From Alphaproteobacteria bacterium (GTDB taxonomy: Bacteria > Pseudomonadota > Alphaproteobacteria > JAAXGF01), in NCBI GenBank assembly GCA_963555825.3, contig CAUVXB020000001.1, positions 704,001-768,000 on the forward strand: a DNA stretch of 64,000 bases, in the 5' to 3' direction. Below are positions 19,415-31,729 of this stretch, piece by piece (within the stretch, counting starts at the first letter, position 1; the number at the start of each line of letters is the position of its first letter). The notes under the pieces are model-generated. The model saw nothing but the letters and a program-made list of their open reading frames with translations. It had not been told where the DNA came from and made no database searches. Position numbers and translations under genes: made by a program.

Positions 19415-20616
19415 TCGTCATCGGGCACATCCAGGGTGAACAGCTCCTGCGGCCGGCGCACGCCGCGCAGCGCGTAGCGGCCGAGCGAGACGAGGCGGTC
19501 CGCCGACTCGCGCGCGGTCTCGGCGAAGGCCGAGGAGATGACGAGCGATTGCTCGAGCGCCCGGCACATCGCCTCGATCCGGCTGATCTCGTTGACCGCC
19601 GGGCCGACGACGGTGAAGTCGAGCCGCCGGCGGGCGCCGATGTTGCCGTACATCACGTCGCCGAAGTGCAGTGCGATGTAAAACCCGGTCGCCGGCAAGC
19701 CAGCGGCGCTGCGCTGCGCGGTCAGCTCTGCGAGCCGCTCGATCACCCGCTCGGCGGCGTCGAGCGCGGCGCGGCAGCTCTCGGCGTCGTCGTCCAGGTT
19801 GAATATGGCCAAGAGGCCGTCGCCCATGAATTTGAGCACATGGCCGCCGAAATCGTGCACCGTCGTGACCATGCACTCGAAGTAGTCGTCGAGCATGCCG
19901 AGCAGCTGGTCGCGGGGCGTCGTCTCGGCCAGCCGCGTGAAGCCCTGCAGGTCGCGATACCACAGCGCGGCGTGGATGGTGCTGCCGGTGCCGCGATCGA
20001 TCTCGCCGCTGAGCACGCGCGCGCCGGCGTCCGAGCCGAGGTAGGTCTCGATGATGCCGCGCGCGATACGATAGGTCGACGAGCTCTTGACGGCGAGCGC
20101 CAATGACGGCGTGATCTGCTCGATCGCCGCGATGTGGGCGTCGGCGAAGCCGCCCGGCGCGTCGGTCAGCCAAGACGACAGGATGCGGCGCGCCGGGCCG
20201 AAGCGGTGCGCCTCGCCGAACGCCGTCTCGAATGCGAAGTAGTCGGTCGCGCCCGCGGCGCCGAGCCGGCTCAGCATCGGGAACTCGTCGCCCTCGCCCT
20301 TGTCGAGTCGGAAACGAAGCAGCGTGCGGTCGTCGTTCATCATGACCGAGAACGGCGTGCGCTCGTCGCTGCCCTCGGCCTCGGCGGCGTTGCGTTCCCA
20401 ACCTTCCTGTACGGTCTCGTCGCCGCGCCGCCAGATGAACAGGTGGCCGCCGGTGATCGGGTGCAGCGTCGGCTGCGAGATGTTGACCCGGATGAGCGGG
20501 ATATCGGCCGCCAGCATGCGTTCGCAGAGACCCTCGAGGAGCATCGTCTCGTCGGTGCCCTCGAGCCCCTCGGCGACGATCCACTGGACGATGTCGTGGG
20601 CCTGCTCAGGCGTCAT
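19411..20616 (-). CDS. Class III adenylate/guanylate cyclase
   Basis: [33 protein letters not shown]. Confidence 0.9.
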   Translation of the reverse strand: MTPEQAHDIVQWIVAEGLEGTDETMLLEGLCERMLAADIPLIRVNISQPTLHPITGGHLFIWRRGDETVQEGWERNAAEAEGSDERTPFSVMMNDDRTLLRFRLDKGEGDEFPMLSRLGAAGATDYFAFETAFGEAHRFGPARRILSSWLTDAPGGFADAHIAAIEQITPSLALAVKSSSTYRIARGIIETYLGSDAGARVLSGEIDRGTGSTIHAALWYRDLQGFTRLAETTPRDQLLGMLDDYFECMVTTVHDFGGHVLKFMGDGLLAIFNLDDDAESCRAALDAAERVIERLAELTAQRSAAGLPATGFYIALHFGDVMYGNIGARRRLDFTVVGPAVNEISRIEAMCRALEQSLVISSAFAETARESADRLVSLGRYALRGVRRPQELFTLDVPDDD

Positions 20617-20695
20617 TCATTCGTCGACAATCAGCCAAGAAGCGGTGTTTTCCGCGAACTTGAAGGTAGATCCGATTATCCCCTCTAAACAGCCG

Positions 20696-21325
20696 TCAGT
20701 TGCCAAAGCACTCCTCCTGGATGGGCAAAATCTTTGGACGCAGCTTTACCGTGTTGGCCAGTCGGACGATCTTGGGGCAGTTGGCTTCTAGCCAGGGCGC
20801 GTCGTGCCACTGGGAGAGCAGCCACACGTATATGTCCAGCATGCTCAAATCGTTACCAAACATATAGGCTTCGTCACCCAAAACGTCTTCGAACATGCTG
20901 TAGTGGCGGTCCACGTATGCCTTCGCCGCATCTTCAACACCTTGCTTGCCGTTTGTGTCCGCCGTATAGCGCTCGCCGCGAAACGCCCGTAGCGCTCCCT
21001 CGTAAACGTTCACCGCAAAGAAGATCAGCCAGCGGTCATGCTGCGCTCGCTCCGATGTTCCGGGAGCAGGCGCAAGCCTAGCCTCGGGGTGAGCGTCGGC
21101 GATGTGCAGTAGCATGGCCGAAGTCTCGGTCATGATCGAACCGTCCGGCAGCATGAGGGCGGGCACCTGCTGACACGGATTGATCCGTCGGTAGTCCTCC
21201 GTCAGATGCTGATTCTCTCTGGTCGCGATCTCGACTTCTTCGAACGGGGCGTCCGCTTCCATGAGGGCTGCCTTGATGGCGCAGGTGCCTCCTCCTGTCA
21301 CTGTCGTCCCGTAGAGCTTGTACAT
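20696..21325 (-). CDS. Glutathione S-transferase family protein
   Basis: INP..QVPAL..DG..TETSAM and C-terminal SMLDIY. Confidence 0.88.
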   Translation of the reverse strand: MYKLYGTTVTGGGTCAIKAALMEADAPFEEVEIATRENQHLTEDYRRINPCQQVPALMLPDGSIMTETSAMLLHIADAHPEARLAPAPGTSERAQHDRWLIFFAVNVYEGALRAFRGERYTADTNGKQGVEDAAKAYVDRHYSMFEDVLGDEAYMFGNDLSMLDIYVWLLSQWHDAPWLEANCPKIVRLANTVKLRPKILPIQEECFGN

Positions 21326-21429
21326 CGTCAGTCTCCAGACGTCGGCAATCTATCTCGAACAGCCTCGCGGATCTCAAAAATTCGGCCCACTTTGGCGTTG
21401 CAGAGGCCGATTTAACTTAGGCGCTTCGA

Positions 21430-23189
21430 TCACTCGGGCAGACCGGCCTTGCGCAGGCCATCGAGGTAGGGGGCGAGGCCGCCGGGATGTTTGGTCGGCA
21501 GCGTTTTCGCCAAGTACGAAAGAGAGACATCAGGCTTTTCTTTGAGCGCTGACGCGACGGCGTCGCGGGCTTCGTCGAGCCGGCCCAGATTGCCGAGCGC
21601 CGCAGCCAGCGCCGCTTGAGGCCAGTAGCCCTTGGCGCGCGGCAGACGGATCGTCTCGTGCGCCCATTCGACACCCTCCTCGTAATCGTGCATCAGCGTA
21701 CACGTCATCGAGTGGACGACCGTGGTTGCCCAATTCAGTGGATCGCGCGGGCTGAGCCGTATTGCCATCGCCAGGGCTTCGACCGCTTCCTCGAGCCGGC
21801 CGGCGAGCGCTAGCGCGAAGCCCAGCCCGTGATGCGCCTGAGAAAAGCTCGGGTTGAGCCGAATCGACATCTCGAGCTCGGCGATCGAGGCGTCGTGCTT
21901 GCCTTGCACCATGTAGATCCGGCCTAGCGCGAAGTAGGCAACCGGGTCCATGTCGTCCAAGGCAACGGCCTTCTTCGCCAGCGCAAATCCCGCCGAAGCA
22001 CTTTCCTCCGGATTTTCCGAATAGCCGACCATCAAATTAATGTAGTGCGTATAGGCCTCGTGTGCGTATGCGGCGGGGAACGTCGGGTCGAGTTCGCGGG
22101 CGCGCTGGAACAACCGCAGCGCCTCGGTGACGCCCTCGCTGGTGAAGAGCCACATGTGCCAGAGCGCCCGGTGATAGGTCTCCCAGGCATCTAGGCTCTC
22201 GGGCGGTTTGCGCGCCGCGCGCTCGCGCTCGAATGCGCGGAGCTCGGGCTCGACGACGCCGACGATTGTGCGCGTCATGTCGTCCTGCAGCTCGAAGATG
22301 TCCTCGATCACGCGGTCGTAACGCTCGGCCCAGACCTGCGTTCCGGCCGTCGCATCGACCAATTGGGCGGCGACTCGGACGCGGTTGCCAGCCTTGCGCA
22401 CGCTGCCTTCGAGGACGTAGCGCACGCCCAATTCGCGGGCGACCTGCTTGGTGTCGGGGGGTCTTGGCCCTTGTAGGTGAACGTCGAATTGCGGTCGATC
22501 ACGAAGAACCAGCGGTTCTTCGCCAGGGCAGCGATGACATCCTCGGTGATGCCGTCGGCGAGGTATTCCTGCTCGGCATCGCCCGACAGGTTGGTGAACG
22601 GCAGCACCGCGATTGACGGCTTGTCGGGCAGCGCCAGCGGCTCGGCCGGAGGATCGGCAGCGGCCGGCTCGGCGCCGTCGAGTCGCGCGCTGTAGACGCG
22701 CAACGGCTTGGCGATGTTCTTGGCCCGCTTCTCGCCGAGATCATCGAAGGCCAGGTCGAGCTTGCCGTCGACCTGGTCGAACACCACCGCCGAGACGGCC
22801 ACACCACCGGGCGCGCACAGTTCTTGCAGGCGCGCGGCGACGTTGACGCCATCGCCGTAGATGTCGTCGCCCTCGACGATGACGTCGCCGAGGTTGACGC
22901 CGATGCGGAACTCGATGCGCTTGTCCGCCGGCACCTCGGCATTGCGCGCGGCGATGCCGTCCTGGACGGCGGCGGCGCATTGCACCGCGTCGACCACACT
23001 GGCGAATTCGACCAGCGCGCCGTCGCCCATCAGCTTGACGATGCGGCCATTATGCGCCTCGACCGCCGGATCGATGCAGGCCTCGCGATGCGCCTTGAGC
23101 GCAATGAGCATGCCCGCCTCATCGTCGCCCATGAGACGCGAATAGCCGACCACGTCGGCCGATAAGATCGCCGCGAGTCTTCGTTGCAA
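21430..23189 (-). pseudogene. Adenylate cyclase-TolB-like-TPR protein, frameshifted near 22460
   Basis: RRLAAILSADVVGYSRLM, DIYGDGVNVAARL, PSIAVLPF in one frame; GVRYVLEGSVR and TPRs in another; shift at a G6 run. Confidence 0.8.
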
Positions 23190-23438
23190 GAGGTCTCCCC
23201 CTGACGACATGTAGACTGAATATTGCTCGCACGATAACGAGCACTGAGCGCCGGTCAAGCACTGGTCCTTGGAGCGCTGCGGGAATGTCGCGTGGCGGCG
23301 ACAACGTCTGTTGCGTTGCCGCGTCAACTCTGGCATGTTCCGCGCGACTTTTTTGGCCGATGTTGCGCGCGCTGTCCGGGGTGGGCTCGTGCCGCGAATT
23401 CCGGCGCTTCCTCAAGTTGGGTTCGAAGGGGGATTAGA

Positions 23439-25514
23439 ATGCCTACCACCTATTGGTTGGTCGTCGCGAGCGGCGTCGTCGCGTTGCTCTATGGTGTATT
23501 CGCTGCCAAGTCTATCTTCGCGGCCGACCCCGGCGACGAGCGCATGCAGGAAATCGCCGGCGCCATTCAGGAAGGCGCGAGCGCGTATCTGAAACGCCAA
23601 TATACGGCCATCGCCATCGTCGGCGTGGTGGTCGGTGTCATCCTGGCAGCGACACTCGGCATCACGGTGGCCGTCGGATTCGTGATCGGCGCGGTGCTTT
23701 CCGGCGTGACCGGGTTCATCGGCATGAACGTCTCCGTGCGCGCCAACGTCCGCACCGCGCAAGCCGCGAAAACCGGCCTGAGCGGGGCGCTCGACATCGC
23801 CTTCAAATCAGGCGCGGTGACCGGACTTTTGGTGGTCGGGCTCGCGCTTCTCGGCGTTGTCGGTTACTACGGCGTGCTGATCAACGCCGGCGTCGAGCTT
23901 GGCGATGTAATTTGGGCTCTGATCGCACTCGGCTTCGGCGGCTCGTTGATCTCGATTTTCGCCCGCCTCGGCGGCGGCATCTTTACCAAGGGCGCCGATG
24001 TGGGCGGCGACCTGGTCGGCAAGATCGAGGCCGGAATTCCCGAGGACGACCCGCGCAACGCCGCGGTGATCGCCGATTCCGTCGGCGATAATGTCGGCGA
24101 TTGCGCTGGCATGGCGGCCGATCTGTTCGAGACCTATGTGGTCACCATGGTCGCCACCATGCTGCTGACGGTGATTTTCTTCACCGGTTCGGCGCTCGAA
24201 TCACTGATTTTGTATCCCCTCGCCATCGGCGGCGTTTGCATCGTTACCTCGGTGATCGGCACCTTCTTCGTCCGCCTCGGCGGCAGTGAAAACATCATGG
24301 CGGCCCTGTACAAGGGTTTTATGGTCACGGCGCTGCTGTCGGCCGTCGCGCTTTGGCCTCTGACCGACGCCATGATCGGCTTCGACAGCGAATTCACCAT
24401 CGACGGGTTGACCTTCACCGGACGGCATTTGTTCTATTGCGGACTCGTCGGGCTGGTGGTGACCGGCCTTTTGGTGTGGATTACCGAATATTACACATCG
24501 ACCGATTTTCGCCCCGTGCGCGCCATCGCCAAGGCGTCCGAGACCGGCGCGGGCACCAACATCATTCAGGGCCTCGCCGTATCCATGGAGGCGACCGCCT
24601 TGCCGGTCATCGTGCTCTGCGGCGGCATTCTCGTCGCCTATAGCAACGCCGGTCTGTTCGGCATCGCCATCGCGGTCACCGCCATGCTCGCCCTGGCCGG
24701 CATGGTCGTCGCGCTGGACGCATACGGTCCAGTAACCGACAACGCCGGCGGTATCGCCGAGATGGCCGAGTTGCCCACCGACGTGCGCAAGACGACGGAC
24801 GCGCTCGACGCCGTGGGCAACACTACCAAGGCGGTGACCAAGGGCTACGCCATCGGTTCGGCGGCGCTCGCGTCCCTGGTCCTGTTCGCCGCCTATACCG
24901 AGGAACTGGGGCGCTTGTTCCCCGATATCGGCGTGGTGTTCGAACTCCAGAACCCCTATGTCGTGGTCGGCTTGTTCATCGGCGGCATGCTGCCCTATCT
25001 GTTTGGCGCCCTGGGCATGATGGCGGTGGGTCGCGCAGCCGCGTCGGTGGTTGTCGAAGTGCGCCGCCAGTTCAAGGAGATCCCAGGCATCATGGAAGGC
25101 ACGGCGAAGCCCGAATACGGCCGCGCCGTCGATCTTCTGACCCGCGCAGCGATCAAGGAAATGATCGTTCCGTCGCTGCTGCCGCTCCTGGCACCCGTGG
25201 CGTTCTATGGGGTGATCAATTTGGTCGGCGGCCAGGCCGCGGCGTTCGAGGCACTCGGCGCCATGCTACTCGGCACCATCGTCACCGGAATCTTCTTGGC
25301 CATCTCCATGACCTCGGGCGGCGGTGCCTGGGACAATGCCAAGAAATACATCGAGGATGGCAACCACGGCGGCAAGGGGTCGGACGCCCATGTGGCGGCG
25401 GTCACCGGCGATACGGTGGGCGATCCCTATAAGGACACGGCGGGACCGGCGATTAACCCGATGATCAAGATCATCAATATCGTCGCGCTGCTGCTGCTCG
25501 CGGCGCTCGCCTAG
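23439..25514 (+). CDS. hppA: Membrane H+-translocating pyrophosphatase, K+-independent type
   Basis: [45 protein letters not shown]. Confidence 0.95.
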   Translation: MPTTYWLVVASGVVALLYGVFAAKSIFAADPGDERMQEIAGAIQEGASAYLKRQYTAIAIVGVVVGVILAATLGITVAVGFVIGAVLSGVTGFIGMNVSVRANVRTAQAAKTGLSGALDIAFKSGAVTGLLVVGLALLGVVGYYGVLINAGVELGDVIWALIALGFGGSLISIFARLGGGIFTKGADVGGDLVGKIEAGIPEDDPRNAAVIADSVGDNVGDCAGMAADLFETYVVTMVATMLLTVIFFTGSALESLILYPLAIGGVCIVTSVIGTFFVRLGGSENIMAALYKGFMVTALLSAVALWPLTDAMIGFDSEFTIDGLTFTGRHLFYCGLVGLVVTGLLVWITEYYTSTDFRPVRAIAKASETGAGTNIIQGLAVSMEATALPVIVLCGGILVAYSNAGLFGIAIAVTAMLALAGMVVALDAYGPVTDNAGGIAEMAELPTDVRKTTDALDAVGNTTKAVTKGYAIGSAALASLVLFAAYTEELGRLFPDIGVVFELQNPYVVVGLFIGGMLPYLFGALGMMAVGRAAASVVVEVRRQFKEIPGIMEGTAKPEYGRAVDLLTRAAIKEMIVPSLLPLLAPVAFYGVINLVGGQAAAFEALGAMLLGTIVTGIFLAISMTSGGGAWDNAKKYIEDGNHGGKGSDAHVAAVTGDTVGDPYKDTAGPAINPMIKIINIVALLLLAALA

Positions 25515-25547
25515 GAGCGGTTCCGAGCGCGGCGGAAAGGGAAGGGG

Positions 25548-25991
25548 CTATTCCGAATCCTTGCGCGCGAAGCGGCCGATGTTGCCGATCAGCTGTTGCA
25601 GGATCGTGACTTCCTTGCCACTGGTCGGTGTCACCCGATCGACGATTTCCACGGCGCGGGCGTCGTCCATGCCATAGGTGTCGATCGCCGCGACCAGGCC
25701 GTTCTCGTCGAATCGTATGGCGACGACCTGTTGATCGATCACTTCGGGTTCGTTGAACGCGACGGTCTCGACGCGCGCGGCGATGTAGTACCAGATCTCG
25801 TCGCCGAAGGTCGCGGCGCTCGACGGCGAGCCGAGCAGAATGGCGACGTCGTCGCGCGAGGCCTCACCGGGTACAATCTCGGCGAGTTTGTCCGGATCGG
25901 GCAGGTTGCCGCGGGTCGCGACGTTCGGCGTACATGCCGAAACTGCGGCGATCATGACCGCACAGACGATGGAGAGTATGACCGGTTTCAT
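25548..25991 (-). CDS. bamE: Outer membrane assembly lipoprotein BamE
   Basis: Lipobox VSAC, LLGSPS, WYYI, RVTPTSG. Confidence 0.88.
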   Translation of the reverse strand: MKPVILSIVCAVMIAAVSACTPNVATRGNLPDPDKLAEIVPGEASRDDVAILLGSPSSAATFGDEIWYYIAARVETVAFNEPEVIDQQVVAIRFDENGLVAAIDTYGMDDARAVEIVDRVTPTSGKEVTILQQLIGNIGRFARKDSE

Positions 25992-26144
25992 TGATGTCTT
26001 CTGCACGTGCCACCGACGCAGCCAGCGACCTCGATGCTTTGTTTGGATCGAGCGCGACGCTGCAAGGAAGGGCGTTTCGTTGTCGAGGCATTCATTGCAC
26101 CGGCAAACCGGCCATGTCAACCTGCGCTCCGAGCGAGAACTTCG

Positions 26145-26696
26145 GTGATCGGCAAGGTTCGCTGGTTCGGCCGCAACGAGATGCACGATCGCGCCAGACA
26201 GCTCTATATGCTGGTTGTCGAACAGGCGCGCCAGCCGGCGTTCTATCGTGATCTGGGTGTGCCGGACACGCTTGACGGCCACTTCGAGATGATCGTGTTG
26301 CATATGGTGATGATGCTACGCGCGTTACGGCGCGATGGCGATGACGGCATCGAGTTGGGTCAATTGGTGTTCGACGTGATGATGGACGATATGGATAGCT
26401 CGTTGCGTGAAATGGGCGTCGGTGACCTCGGCGTCGGGCGGCGTGTCAAGGCGATGGCGCAGGCCTTCTATGGCCGTGCGACGGCCTATGAGGCGGCGCT
26501 TGCCGCCGATGAAGATACGCTGGACCAGGCGTTGCGGCGCAATCTTTATGCGACGGCCGAACCCGTCGGGGATGACGTGGCGGCGATGATCGTCTATGTC
26601 CTTCGGGAATTCGGCGCAATTGACGCCGGCGTGGCGATGTCGGCAACGGCAGGCGAATTCCGTTTCGGTGCTCCGCCTGATCGGCATGAGGGTTGA
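26145..26696 (+). CDS. Ubiquinol-cytochrome c chaperone (Cbp3 family)
   Basis: GVPDTLDG, DMDSSLREMGVGD, AFYGR, ALRRN. Confidence 0.88.
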   Translation: MIGKVRWFGRNEMHDRARQLYMLVVEQARQPAFYRDLGVPDTLDGHFEMIVLHMVMMLRALRRDGDDGIELGQLVFDVMMDDMDSSLREMGVGDLGVGRRVKAMAQAFYGRATAYEAALAADEDTLDQALRRNLYATAEPVGDDVAAMIVYVLREFGAIDAGVAMSATAGEFRFGAPPDRHEG

Positions 26697-26702
26697 AGGA
26701 CG

Positions 26703-27248
26703 ATGACCGAATTAGTGGTGAACGAACTCGCGCGCCTGGTGTCGCTGGCCAGCATCGGTAATGCTGAACGGTCGATCATAATCGAGGTCACGGTGGGTGA
26801 GCGCGAGGCGCTCGCGCGCCGGTTCGGTCTTGAGTCGCTCGATCGCATGACCGCGTCGGCCACGATTTGGCGGCTCAATGACGGCGCTGTGCGGCTTCGA
26901 ATCGCGTTCGCCGCCGATGTCGTCCAGCATTGCGTCGCAACCCTCGAACCCATCGAGGCTCGGGTCGAAGGCGAAGAGGATATTCTCCTGGTGCGTCCTG
27001 GCGCGAATTCGGTGGAAGTCGAGATCGACCCGACCGACGACGAGCCCGAGCCGTTGCTTGGCGAGACGCTCGATATCGGCGAGGTGGTCGCCGAGCAATT
27101 CGGCCTTGCACTCGATCCGTATCCGCGCAAAACGGGGGTCGAGTTCAGGGTCGACACGGCGCGCTCGAACGACGGTGACGATCGAGGTTCGCCGTTCGAG
27201 GTGTTACGCGGCTTGACCGCGGGGCGCGAGGGCGCATCCGGCGGCTGA
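26703..27248 (+). CDS. DUF177/YceD family protein
   Basis: CVATLEP, LALDPYPRK, SPFEVL; upstream of rpmF. Confidence 0.85.
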   Translation: MTELVVNELARLVSLASIGNAERSIIIEVTVGEREALARRFGLESLDRMTASATIWRLNDGAVRLRIAFAADVVQHCVATLEPIEARVEGEEDILLVRPGANSVEVEIDPTDDEPEPLLGETLDIGEVVAEQFGLALDPYPRKTGVEFRVDTARSNDGDDRGSPFEVLRGLTAGREGASGG

Positions 27249-27325
27249 GCAGCTTGCTCTTGTGAAAATTACTTGGTAAAGCACGCCGTTTTGCGCATAA
27301 CGTTACAATTGTAGAGACGAACACA

Positions 27326-27511
27326 ATGGCCGTTCCAAAGAAGAAAACATCGAAATCCCGGCGCGACATGCGGCGGTCCCATCATGCCTTGAAGGGTGCC
27401 AAGCTCACCGAATGTCCGAACTGCGGCGAGCTTAAGCAACCGCATCACGTTTGCCAGGCGTGCGGCCACTACAACGACCGCGAGATCGTTGAGGGGGTGG
27501 GTGCGATATAG
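27326..27511 (+). CDS. rpmF: 50S ribosomal protein L32
   Basis: [27 protein letters not shown]. Confidence 0.98.
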   Translation: MAVPKKKTSKSRRDMRRSHHALKGAKLTECPNCGELKQPHHVCQACGHYNDREIVEGVGAI

Positions 27512-27526
27512 CACGCCGCATCGCTA

Positions 27527-28705
27527 GTGTCCTGATCGATAAATTGATATGATTATGTCTCTATTTGTTTTTAGGAGGCGCGATTGATGGCGAGAGTGGC
27601 GGTGACGATCTCTTTGAGCGATGACGAGCGCGCCGAATTGGAGGCGCTGTCTCGTCGTCGCAAGACGTCGCAGGGGCTTGCGCGGCGGGCTCGGATCGTC
27701 TTGGCGGCGGCGGAAGGGTTGGAGAACAAGGAGATCGCCGTTCGTCTCGAGGCGAGCGCGGACACCGTGGGCAAGTGGCGTCGCCGCTATGCGGCGGAGG
27801 GCCTCGACGGTCTGTACGACGAACCCCGCCCCGGCGCGCCGCGTCAAATCGGCGATGACGCCATCGCGGAAGCGGTCCGGCTGACGCTGGAAGAGACGCC
27901 GCCGGACGCGACCCATTGGAGCCTTCGCTCGATGGCGCGGGCGAGCGGCCACGCGCCCTCGACCATTCATCGCATCTGGCGGGCCTTCGGCTTGCAGCCG
28001 CATCGCTCGGAGACCTTCAAGCTGTCGAGCGATCCCTTCTTCGTGGAGAAGGTCCGCGACATCGTCGGTCTGTATTTGGCGCCGCCGGATCGTGCCCTGG
28101 TTCTCTGTGTCGACGAAAAGAGCCAGATCCAGGCCCTGGACCGTTCCCAGCCCCTCTTGCCGATGCGCCCCGGGCAGGCGGAGCGGCGCAGCCACGACTA
28201 CAAGCGCCACGGCACGACCTCTCTCTTCGCGGCCCTCGACATCGCCACGGGAGAGATCATCGGCAAATGTTTCCCGCGCCATCGGGCCCGAGAGTTCCGC
28301 AAATTCCTCGACCTCGTCGAGGCGAACGTCCCTGCTGATCTCGACATCCACATCGTCATGGACAACTACGGGACCCACAAGACCAAGGCGATCCGCGACT
28401 GGTTCGCCAAACGGCCGCGCTGGCAGGCCCATTTCACACCCACCAGCGCCTCCTGGCTGAACCAGGTCGAGCGCTGGTTCGGGCTGCTGACCGACAAGCA
28501 GATCAGGCGCGGCGTCCATCGCTCCACCAAGGAGTTGGAGCGCACCATCCTCGACTACATCGACACGACAAACCAGAACCCCAAACCCTTCAAATGGACC
28601 AAATCCGCCGATGACATCCTCGGCGCCATCCAGCGCTTCTGCCTCCGAACAATCGAAATCGCTGAACAGCAGGCGAAAATCATGCGAACTTCGGAATCGG
28701 GACAC
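27527..28705 (+). mobile_element. IS630 family element copy 2
   Basis: Same TIRs and TA duplication at CTAG; identical ORF translations to copy 1. Confidence 0.95.
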
Positions 28706-28708
28706 TAG
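27584..28708 (+). CDS. IS630 family transposase
   Basis: Identical translation to 18290-19414. Confidence 0.96.
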   Translation: MMARVAVTISLSDDERAELEALSRRRKTSQGLARRARIVLAAAEGLENKEIAVRLEASADTVGKWRRRYAAEGLDGLYDEPRPGAPRQIGDDAIAEAVRLTLEETPPDATHWSLRSMARASGHAPSTIHRIWRAFGLQPHRSETFKLSSDPFFVEKVRDIVGLYLAPPDRALVLCVDEKSQIQALDRSQPLLPMRPGQAERRSHDYKRHGTTSLFAALDIATGEIIGKCFPRHRAREFRKFLDLVEANVPADLDIHIVMDNYGTHKTKAIRDWFAKRPRWQAHFTPTSASWLNQVERWFGLLTDKQIRRGVHRSTKELERTILDYIDTTNQNPKPFKWTKSADDILGAIQRFCLRTIEIAEQQAKIMRTSESGH

Positions 28709-28726
28709 CTTAAGAGGCCAGAACAG

Positions 28727-29776
28727 GTGAACCAGCCGATTACCATAGCGCTTGACGCCATGGGCGGTGATCACGGGCCTGCGGTGGTGCTGGAAGGCGC
28801 GGACAGAGCGCGCCTGCGTTTTCCTGGTACGCATTTCCTGTTGTTCGGCGACCAGGCAAAGCTGAACGTGCTGCTCGAACGCAACGCCGGATTGGCGTCG
28901 GTCTCGATGGTCCACCATACGGATGTGGCGATCGGGTCGGATGAGAAACCGTCGGTCGCTTTGCGTCAAGGACGCAATTCCAGCATGCGCCTTGCCATCC
29001 AGGCGGTGCGTGACGGTGCTGCCGCGGGTGTCGTCTCGGCGGGCAATACGGGCGCGCTGATGGCGATGTCCAAGATAGTGCTCAAAACGCTTCCGGGTAT
29101 TCATCGCCCCGCGCTCGCCACGGTATTTCCGACCATGCGTGGTGAAACCGTCGTGCTCGACCTAGGCGCCAACGCCGAGTGCACGGCCGAAAACCTGGTC
29201 CAGTTCGCGGTCATGGGCGAGGTCTTCGCGCGTACCGTGATCGGCGTCGTCAAGCCGACGGTTGGGCTGTTGAACATCGGCATCGAGATCACCAAGGGCA
29301 ACGAAACCGTGCGCAATGCGGCGAAGCTGCTTGACGAGGGAAATTTGCCGATCGTCTTCCACGGCTTCATCGAGGGTGACGACATCACCGCGGGCACCGT
29401 TGACGTTGCGGTTACTGACGGGTTCACCGGCAATATTGCCTTGAAGACGGCCGAGGGGACCGCACACCTCATCGCCGATTATCTCCGGGCGGCATTCAAG
29501 CAATCATTGATGTCGCGGCTGGGTTATCTCCTTGCGCGGTCGGCCTTGAACACGATGCGCGCCCGGGTCGACCCGCGCCACTACAACGGTGCCGTGTTCC
29601 TTGGCCTCAACGGCATCGCGGTCAAGAGCCATGGCGGCACCGACGCGCTCGGGTTTTCCAATGCCATCGGTGTTGCCGTCAACATGGCAGCGCAGGGTTT
29701 CAATGACAAAGTCATCGCGGAACTCAACCAGTGGCACGCTGATCACGTTGCAAACGAAAAGGCAGCTACAGTTTGA
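28727..29776 (+). CDS. plsX: Phosphate acyltransferase PlsX
   Basis: [29 protein letters not shown]. Confidence 0.97.
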   Translation: MNQPITIALDAMGGDHGPAVVLEGADRARLRFPGTHFLLFGDQAKLNVLLERNAGLASVSMVHHTDVAIGSDEKPSVALRQGRNSSMRLAIQAVRDGAAAGVVSAGNTGALMAMSKIVLKTLPGIHRPALATVFPTMRGETVVLDLGANAECTAENLVQFAVMGEVFARTVIGVVKPTVGLLNIGIEITKGNETVRNAAKLLDEGNLPIVFHGFIEGDDITAGTVDVAVTDGFTGNIALKTAEGTAHLIADYLRAAFKQSLMSRLGYLLARSALNTMRARVDPRHYNGAVFLGLNGIAVKSHGGTDALGFSNAIGVAVNMAAQGFNDKVIAELNQWHADHVANEKAATV

Positions 29777-30750
29777 AAATTTACCAATCACGCGTTGCCG
29801 GATGGGGTTCGTACCTGCCAGAGCGCGTCGTCACAAATCGCGATCTTGCCGAGTTCGTCGATACGTCTGACAACTGGATCGTCGACCGTACGGGGATTCA
29901 ACAGCGCCATATTGCCGCGACCGGCGAGTACACGTCGGATTTGGCTACCCGGGCCGCCGAACGAGCGCTTGAAAGCGCGGGTGTCGATGCATCGGACGTC
30001 GACCTCATCGTCGTCGCGACGGCGACGCCGGATCAGACGTTTCCAGCCACTGCGGTCAAAGTTCAAGCCGAACTCGGCGTCAGCCGCGGCGCTGCGTTCG
30101 ACGTTCAGGCGGTGTGTACGGGCTTCGTCTATGCGCTGGCCGTGACCGATAACTTCATCCGGCTGGGACAGGCCGATTGCGCCATTGTCATTGGCGCGGA
30201 AACGTTTTCTCGAATACTCGATTGGAACGACCGGTCGACCTGTGTGCTGTTCGGCGACGGTGCGGGCGCCTTGGTGATGCGCGCCAGCGAGGCAAAACCG
30301 GGCAACAGTTCGCCGGGCGTACTGTCGACCCATCTGCACGCCGACGGGACGAAGCGGGGTTTCCTTTACGTCGATGGCGGGCCCTCGACGACGCAGACCA
30401 CTGGCCATTTGCGCATGTCGGGCCGCGAAGTTTTCCGGCACGCGGTCGGATTGCTCGCCGCTGCCGTCGACGAGGCGCTGGAGGCCAACGGACTCGAGCC
30501 GGGCGACATCGACTGGCTGGTGCCGCATCAAGCGAACAAACGGATCATCGACGCGACCGCGAAGAAACTCGGCATGCCCGAGGACAAGATCGTCTATACA
30601 ATCGACCATCATGCCAACACGTCGGCGGCATCGATCCCGCTGGCGCTGGCACAGGCGGCTGGAGACGGTCGCATTCAGCCCGGGCATCTGATCCTGATCG
30701 AGGGTATGGGCGGCGGCTTCACCTGGGGATCAGCCGTTATCCGCTGGTAG
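29773..30750 (+). CDS. fabH: Beta-ketoacyl-ACP synthase III
   Basis: [27 protein letters not shown]. Confidence 0.97.
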   Translation: MKIYQSRVAGWGSYLPERVVTNRDLAEFVDTSDNWIVDRTGIQQRHIAATGEYTSDLATRAAERALESAGVDASDVDLIVVATATPDQTFPATAVKVQAELGVSRGAAFDVQAVCTGFVYALAVTDNFIRLGQADCAIVIGAETFSRILDWNDRSTCVLFGDGAGALVMRASEAKPGNSSPGVLSTHLHADGTKRGFLYVDGGPSTTQTTGHLRMSGREVFRHAVGLLAAAVDEALEANGLEPGDIDWLVPHQANKRIIDATAKKLGMPEDKIVYTIDHHANTSAASIPLALAQAAGDGRIQPGHLILIEGMGGGFTWGSAVIRW

Positions 30751-30804
30751 GCTGGCTCATCGAACGCGAGGTTCGCATTAGCGAACCATTGCATCCCTTT
30801 GATA

Positions 30805-30833
30805 TTGACGGTTTTTTCATAATGCTGTAGGTT
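30805..30833 (+). promoter_or_regulatory. Sigma70-type promoter of ihfA
   Basis: TTGACG-N17-TAGGTT. Confidence 0.55.
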
Positions 30834-30862
30834 TTGTCTTTGGCCCCGATTGGCATGGAGCG

Positions 30863-31174
30863 ATGGCCGGGATGACTGTCACGAGATCCGATCTCACCGA
30901 GGCGGTATACCAGGAAGTCGGCCTGTCACGGAACGAGTCGGCTCAGCTGGTCGAATCCGTGTTGCACGAAATCGTCGATACACTGGCGCAGGGCGAACCG
31001 GTCAAGCTTTCGTCGTTCGGCACGTTCTCGGTGGTCAACAAGGCACAGCGCATCGGCCGCAATCCCAAGACCGGTGAGGAAGTGCCAATTCTGCCGCGGC
31101 GCGTTCTGGTGTTTCGCGCCTCCCATGTGCTCAAGGATCGAATCAACCCGACGACCGCATGGAGCGATGACTGA
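30863..31174 (+). CDS. ihfA: Integration host factor alpha
   Basis: [26 protein letters not shown]. Confidence 0.95.
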   Translation: MAGMTVTRSDLTEAVYQEVGLSRNESAQLVESVLHEIVDTLAQGEPVKLSSFGTFSVVNKAQRIGRNPKTGEEVPILPRRVLVFRASHVLKDRINPTTAWSDD

Positions 31175-31176
31175 TC

Positions 31177-31584
31177 ATGGCGACCGCGCCCTCGACCGCG
31201 AGGACGGATCGCCGCTCGGGTAAGTCGCCCGCGGCGTTCAAGACGATTAGCGAAGTCGCTGGACAGCTTGACGTGCCGCAACATGTGCTGCGCTTCTGGG
31301 AAACCCGATTTTCCCAAATTCGGCCACTGAAGCGGGGCGGTGGGCGCCGGTATTACCGACCCGAGGATATCGAACTTCTCGACCGCATAAAGACGCTGCT
31401 TTATGCCGATGGCTATACCATCAAGGGCGTGCAAAAACTGCTGCGGGAAAGCGGCCGCGGCCCGGCCGCACTCGACGTCACCGAAACCGAAGAAGCCGCG
31501 CCGTCCGACGGTAGGCAAGCCGAGATCGAAGCGGTCTTGGCCGAGCTCGTTGCCATCCGAAATCTACTCAAAAACACATCCTGA
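31177..31584 (+). CDS. MerR family transcriptional regulator
   Basis: [27 protein letters not shown]; conserved position after ihfA. Confidence 0.92.
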   Translation: MATAPSTARTDRRSGKSPAAFKTISEVAGQLDVPQHVLRFWETRFSQIRPLKRGGGRRYYRPEDIELLDRIKTLLYADGYTIKGVQKLLRESGRGPAALDVTETEEAAPSDGRQAEIEAVLAELVAIRNLLKNTS

Positions 31585-31588
31585 CGCG

Positions 31589-31617
31589 TTGCCTCGTCTC
31601 CCTATGGCGGCTATAGT
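31589..31617 (+). promoter_or_regulatory. Promoter of tRNA-Pro
   Basis: TTGCCT-N17-TATAGT followed by a GC-rich discriminator. Confidence 0.6.
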
Positions 31618-31652
31618 GCGGCCGCGTCGGCGATACACCGTCGAACGTTGGC

Positions 31653-31729
31653 CGGAGCGTGGCGCAGTCTGGTAGCGCACTTGTCTGGGGGACAAGGGGT
31701 CGGTGGTTCGAATCCACTCGCTCCGACCA
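31653..31729 (+). tRNA. tRNA-Pro (GGG)
   Basis: Acceptor CGGAGCG/CGCTCCG, anticodon arm CTTGT-CTGGGGG-ACAAG, GTTCGAATC T-loop, ACCA end. Confidence 0.97.

Noticed and set aside
21330-21430. attC-like site beside the GST gene
   Set aside because: No proper RYYYAAC/GTTRRRY boxes and no second site downstream
27326-27511. Zinc-ribbon L32 alongside Cys-free L33
   Set aside because: Common combination; no zinc-regulated paralogue evident
27524-29104. Long antisense or alternative-frame ORFs (e.g. 526, 705, 619, 607 aa)
   Set aside because: Shadows of real genes in high-GC DNA with Arg/Pro-rich composition and no motifs
30791-30804. IHF-box-like TATCAAAGGGATG upstream of ihfA
   Set aside because: Mismatched to WATCAANNNNTTR and too short to support
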